From NCBI RefSeq assembly GCF_964194025.1, contig NC_134482.1, forward strand, positions 7,688,001 to 7,752,000: 64,000 nt of DNA, given 5' to 3'. Within the stretch, counting starts at the first letter, position 1. Every line of letters starts with the position of its first letter. The notes under the pieces were generated by a model. That model had not been told where the DNA came from. It did no database searches and was given only the letters and a program-made list of their open reading frames with translations. The translations under genes were made by a program, and so were the position numbers. Positions 62,401 to 64,000 of this stretch are shown here, one piece after another. The DNA is from Convolutriloba macropyga (lineage: Eukaryota).

Positions 62401-62973
62401 CGTTTGTTACTACCGTGATTATTGCTTTATGAATTTTCAACGAACTGGCGTTTTTAATGTTCCTAGTGTTTCAACTATATCGTTCGAAAAAGACGTTAAA
62501 TTGATTGGTTTTTTCTCCGACCGTTATGATTGCGCACAATTAAGCATTATTTCTCTTGCGAGTGACATATTAATAATAGTACAACAACTACCATAATCGA
62601 GAAGCAAATGACAGTCTGTATTTCCAATCTTTATCGTCATATTTTGCAGTGCAATATGCGGTGTGCTAAGATTTTCTAACGTTGCAACGTAATTATCGTC
62701 TGAAGAATCGTAATCAGAGTTGAATTGTTTATTATAGTTTATATAATTAACGTTTTGATTTTCAGAATTTGAATTTTGTTTTGTAGTTTCAGCAGTTTCT
62801 ACATTATTAATTTGATTACCTTGTCGAGAAGTATTCGTGTAGTATTGACCTTTTTTCGACATGCTTTGCGAAGTGGTTAGACAAACCGCAATAATTGCAT
62901 CTTTTACCCAGTGCAGGGCAAACCTGGCGGTGCGTTGTAGTCCAAGCCTGACCACATCCTCAACATTGACCAA
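59500..62973 (-). pseudogene. pol: Gypsy pol (protease, RT, RNase H, integrase), fragmented
   Basis: ORF fragments 62524-62973, 61850-62440, 61630-61971, 61340-61729, 60730-61320 and 60222-60791, plus frameshifted integrase at 59500-60200. Confidence 0.9.
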
Positions 62974-63856
62974 TCGGTGCTCGATTGACTGCTACACTGC
63001 CTGTCGGATTTCCGCGTTCACTCGCGCCGCTAAACCGATTGTAGGTTTGTATTGCATTTATTGTATAGTTAGCTGCGCTGTCATTGTTGCTTGATGAAAT
63101 CCGTTGTTGATTTTGATTGCCCATCTCCATATTTACAGCTATACTGAGTGCTCTCTCTGGGTCAACTGTGTCACGCAGAAGTTCACGTTGAATGTCATCG
63201 TCCAACATGTTTGTGATGAAGATGTCTCTAATTATTACCTCTTCTTGGTTTTCGAAGTCGCAATTTTCCGCCAATTCTTTCAATATACTGTAGAATTGTT
63301 CTACCGTTTCGCCTTTTTTCTGCTTTCTTGAGAAAAACACATAGCGATCGAAAGTGATATTTCTTGGACGAATGAATGCTATCTCCATCATCTCCCAGAG
63401 CTTGAGGGTGGTGAGATCGTACATGTTGTCATGAGGGATTTTTTGTGTTAGAAGACGTCGTCCCTCTGTTCCGATACTAAGGTACAAGAGTGAGACACAT
63501 TTTTGGTCACACATGTTCCATGGTCGTTGTCCACACTGAACGCCTGCCTCCATCAGTTTTTGGCATTTCAAGTCCCATTGAAATTTAGATTGACTATTCC
63601 TTATTTGACGATCTCTTTCTGTGTCTTCCGTTGCGTCTTCAATAGCCATCTCATACTTCGGTTCAGCTGGTAGTCGGACAGTTGTTGGTTTTGGTTGTAG
63701 AAGCGTATCTCGTGTTATGTTTTCTCGAGCGAGAATAGCAAGTCTTACTTGAATGCGCCACTTTTCCCATCTTATTGAAGGATCCGAAGTAGGACGTTCC
63801 CAAAAGGGTTCTAACGACAGCGGCGTTTTCCGGGATTCACGAGCTGACAGCGCCAT
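62960..63856 (-). CDS. gag: Gypsy gag (frameshifted at the zinc knuckle)
   Basis: 298-aa ORF with RYVFFSRKQKKGETVEQFYSILKELAENCDF..IIRDIFI, starting at the LTR/PBS junction. Confidence 0.9.
   Translation of the reverse strand: MALSARESRKTPLSLEPFWERPTSDPSIRWEKWRIQVRLAILARENITRDTLLQPKPTTVRLPAEPKYEMAIEDATEDTERDRQIRNSQSKFQWDLKCQKLMEAGVQCGQRPWNMCDQKCVSLLYLSIGTEGRRLLTQKIPHDNMYDLTTLKLWEMMEIAFIRPRNITFDRYVFFSRKQKKGETVEQFYSILKELAENCDFENQEEVIIRDIFITNMLDDDIQRELLRDTVDPERALSIAVNMEMGNQNQQRISSSNNDSAANYTINAIQTYNRFSGASERGNPTGSVAVNRAPIGQC
63843..63855 (-). promoter_or_regulatory. Gypsy 1 primer binding site (tRNA-Ser-like)
   Basis: TGGCGCTGTCAGC directly after the LTR-terminal CA, complementary to a tRNA 3' end GCUGACAGCG-CCA. 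Confidence 0.75.
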
Positions 63857-64000
63857 GTCATACAGACTTGGTTACTGTATTCCGAGTAGATTTGCGGTGC
63901 CGAATGACAGAGTTTTTGTCGATTAGATTTATTGGCTATTTCGCGGAGCGAATTCAATAATAATTTTTGTAATTTATTAATCCAATTTTCTGAGTGCAGA

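Larger units (their letters stand above)
56754..64000 (-). mobile_element. Gypsy LTR retrotransposon (Gypsy 1), nearly complete but frameshifted; 5' LTR extends beyond the window
   Basis: 3' LTR 56754-57349 (TGTGATA...TATGACA) after PPT ATGGGGAAA. 63856-64000 repeats its end. Domain order gag, Zn knuckle, protease (LLDYGS), RT (LDLQYAYSQ, FLDDIL), RNase H (VAFASRFL, ELELMGVV, TDHR), integrase, C-terminal extension. Confidence 0.93.

Overview
AT-rich eukaryotic (probably invertebrate animal) genomic DNA made mostly of nested, decayed transposable elements, with one 128-N gap (40925-41052). The main finding is an ~8 kb palindromic Polinton/Maverick-derived element (41053-49069). Its two ~4 kb inverted arms each run from the terminus into a zinc-finger/protein-primed DNA polymerase B gene. 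The arms meet at a 155-bp spacer containing polymerase motif A, which resembles an integrated snap-back genome or a hairpin-RNA silencer locus. Other elements: two related Gypsy LTR elements whose gag start codon position spans the LTR/PBS junction (17443-35199 with a 5-bp TSD, and 56754 to beyond 64000); a BEL/Pao element nested in the first Gypsy plus a second BEL remnant; two nested CR1/L2-group LINEs; non-autonomous CACTA-type elements (CCC..GGG ends, 2-bp TSD); and MITEs carrying tRNA-like Pol III cassettes. Host-like coding sequence is limited to a probable multi-exon F-box/LRR-like gene or pseudogene on the minus strand with a ~29 kb TE-filled intron, and a small secreted 4-Cys peptide precursor gene (54566-54775). 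All calls come from reading the sequence by eye; no searches were run.
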